Assembly (NCBI GenBank): GCA_030390025.1
Contig: CM059432.1
Coordinates: 26,538,001-26,602,000 of the forward strand
Source of the DNA: Squalus acanthias
Lineage: Eukaryota
Reading direction: 5' to 3'
Length of the DNA: 64,000 nt
A program made the position numbers and the translations under genes. The number at the start of each line of letters is the position of its first letter. The first letter of the stretch is position 1. A model generated the notes under the pieces. The model did no database searches, was not told the DNA's origin, and saw only the letters and a list, made by a program, of their open reading frames with translations. Shown here piece by piece: positions 62,883 to 64,000 of the stretch.

Positions 62883-63645
62883 GGCCCAGAAATTCGGCCG
62901 AATACGGGAGAGTACGCACTGTGTACTCACCCGTATTCGGTCCCGAAGTGCTGGTTTTCTGCATGCACTGCGCATGCGCGGGAAACCGGCACTTCCGATA
63001 TTGCGAAGGGGGCGGTTCCTAAGTGAACCGCGTGCGCACTACAGGCTGTGCGCACGCAGCACACTTAGGTTTTTTTTCAGGTTTGAACGCGAGGGTAAGT
63101 ATGGAAGATTTTACACATGAAAAAAGGAGGCGTAAGACCCCCTTTTAACAAGGTAAGTAGTTAATTAAGTATTATTTTAATTTTTTTTCAACAGGTTTAT
63201 CTTTTTTAGAGACTTTAAAGAAAGGTAAGTTTATTTTTATAACTTTTAAAAAGAATTTAAATTTTTGCAAGAATTAAAATTTTTGTTTAAAGTGGTTAAT
63301 TTATTTAACTATAGTTATTTTATTAATGTGATGGTTTTTTTGAAATTTAATTGAGGTTTAGCTGTTCTTTTGGGGGCAATTTGTATTCATAGTTTTGACA
63401 GTTCTCCTGTCAAAACTATGAATGAAAGATGGTGTGCTGCCATTGGCTCTCCATGACCCACGTGATCCCAAAGGTCGCATCGAACTAACTGCGCCTCTGG
63501 GACACGCACACACTGCCCGCCGGCACCAGGGAGAGGCCCGGGACCCGAAGTTCGTGTGGGCCCAAAATAGAACGGCAGGCGCGGTAGGTAAGATCACGCG
63601 CGATCCTTACCCCCGCGGCAAGCCGGAGAGGCCAATTTCTGGGCT
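62883..63645 (+). mobile_element. MITE family M copy 5, inside a minus-strand DeuSINE (62810-63787)
   Basis: TIR ggcccagaaatt / aatttctgggct, TSD GAT at 62880-62882 and 63646-63648. Confidence 0.88.
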
Positions 63646-64000
63646 GATATGTCCAACAGTGCAGCACTCTCTCAGTGCAGCACTGGAGTGTCAGCCGAGA
63701 TTATGTGCTCAAGTGTCTGAAATGGCACTTGAACTCATAACTTCCTGACTCAGAAGAGAGAGTGCTACTTACTGAGCCACAGCTGATACTCCACCCACCC
63801 ATGCAGGCTAACCAGAAATAAAGCTGGAAATTGTGGCTTTTACATTTTTATCTGTTGTTGCTCATTGCTGTGGAATCTGCCCGCCCCCCACTGCCCACCC
63901 CACCACCCCCCCGCACACCCCCCCCGCACACCCCAAGTAAATGGGATGAATTCCACAGCACTAGGATTCCAAAATACTACAGAAAAACCTCTGTAGCTTT

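Overview
Repeat-dense vertebrate DNA, most likely from a cartilaginous fish (inferred from HER1-type CR1 LINEs, SacSINE1/DeuSINE-type SINEs and LF-SINE-like elements). I could not support any host protein-coding exon, so the window reads as intron or intergenic sequence. It holds many CR1 copies, including one with a partial esterase ORF1 and an uninterrupted 983-aa APE-RT ORF2 (30612-34483). It also holds a second CR1-group LINE with its partner SINE, L2 fragments, two candidate solo LTRs and a 1.45-kb polypurine minisatellite. PIF/Harbinger relics carry Myb/SANT genes, and many 3-bp-TSD MITEs are present. Three observations stand out. (1) Penelope-like insertions carry minimal hammerhead ribozymes, including a 568-bp-arm near-perfect palindrome with a 3-nt loop and a 13-bp TSD, and ~130-bp TSD-flanked hammerhead mini-insertions. 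(2) All five copies of a ~750-bp Harbinger-type MITE family sit in or abut DeuSINEs. (3) That MITE carries an NRF1-type palindrome followed by clustered splice signals. Family names come from recognition, not database searches, and boundaries of old repeats are approximate.
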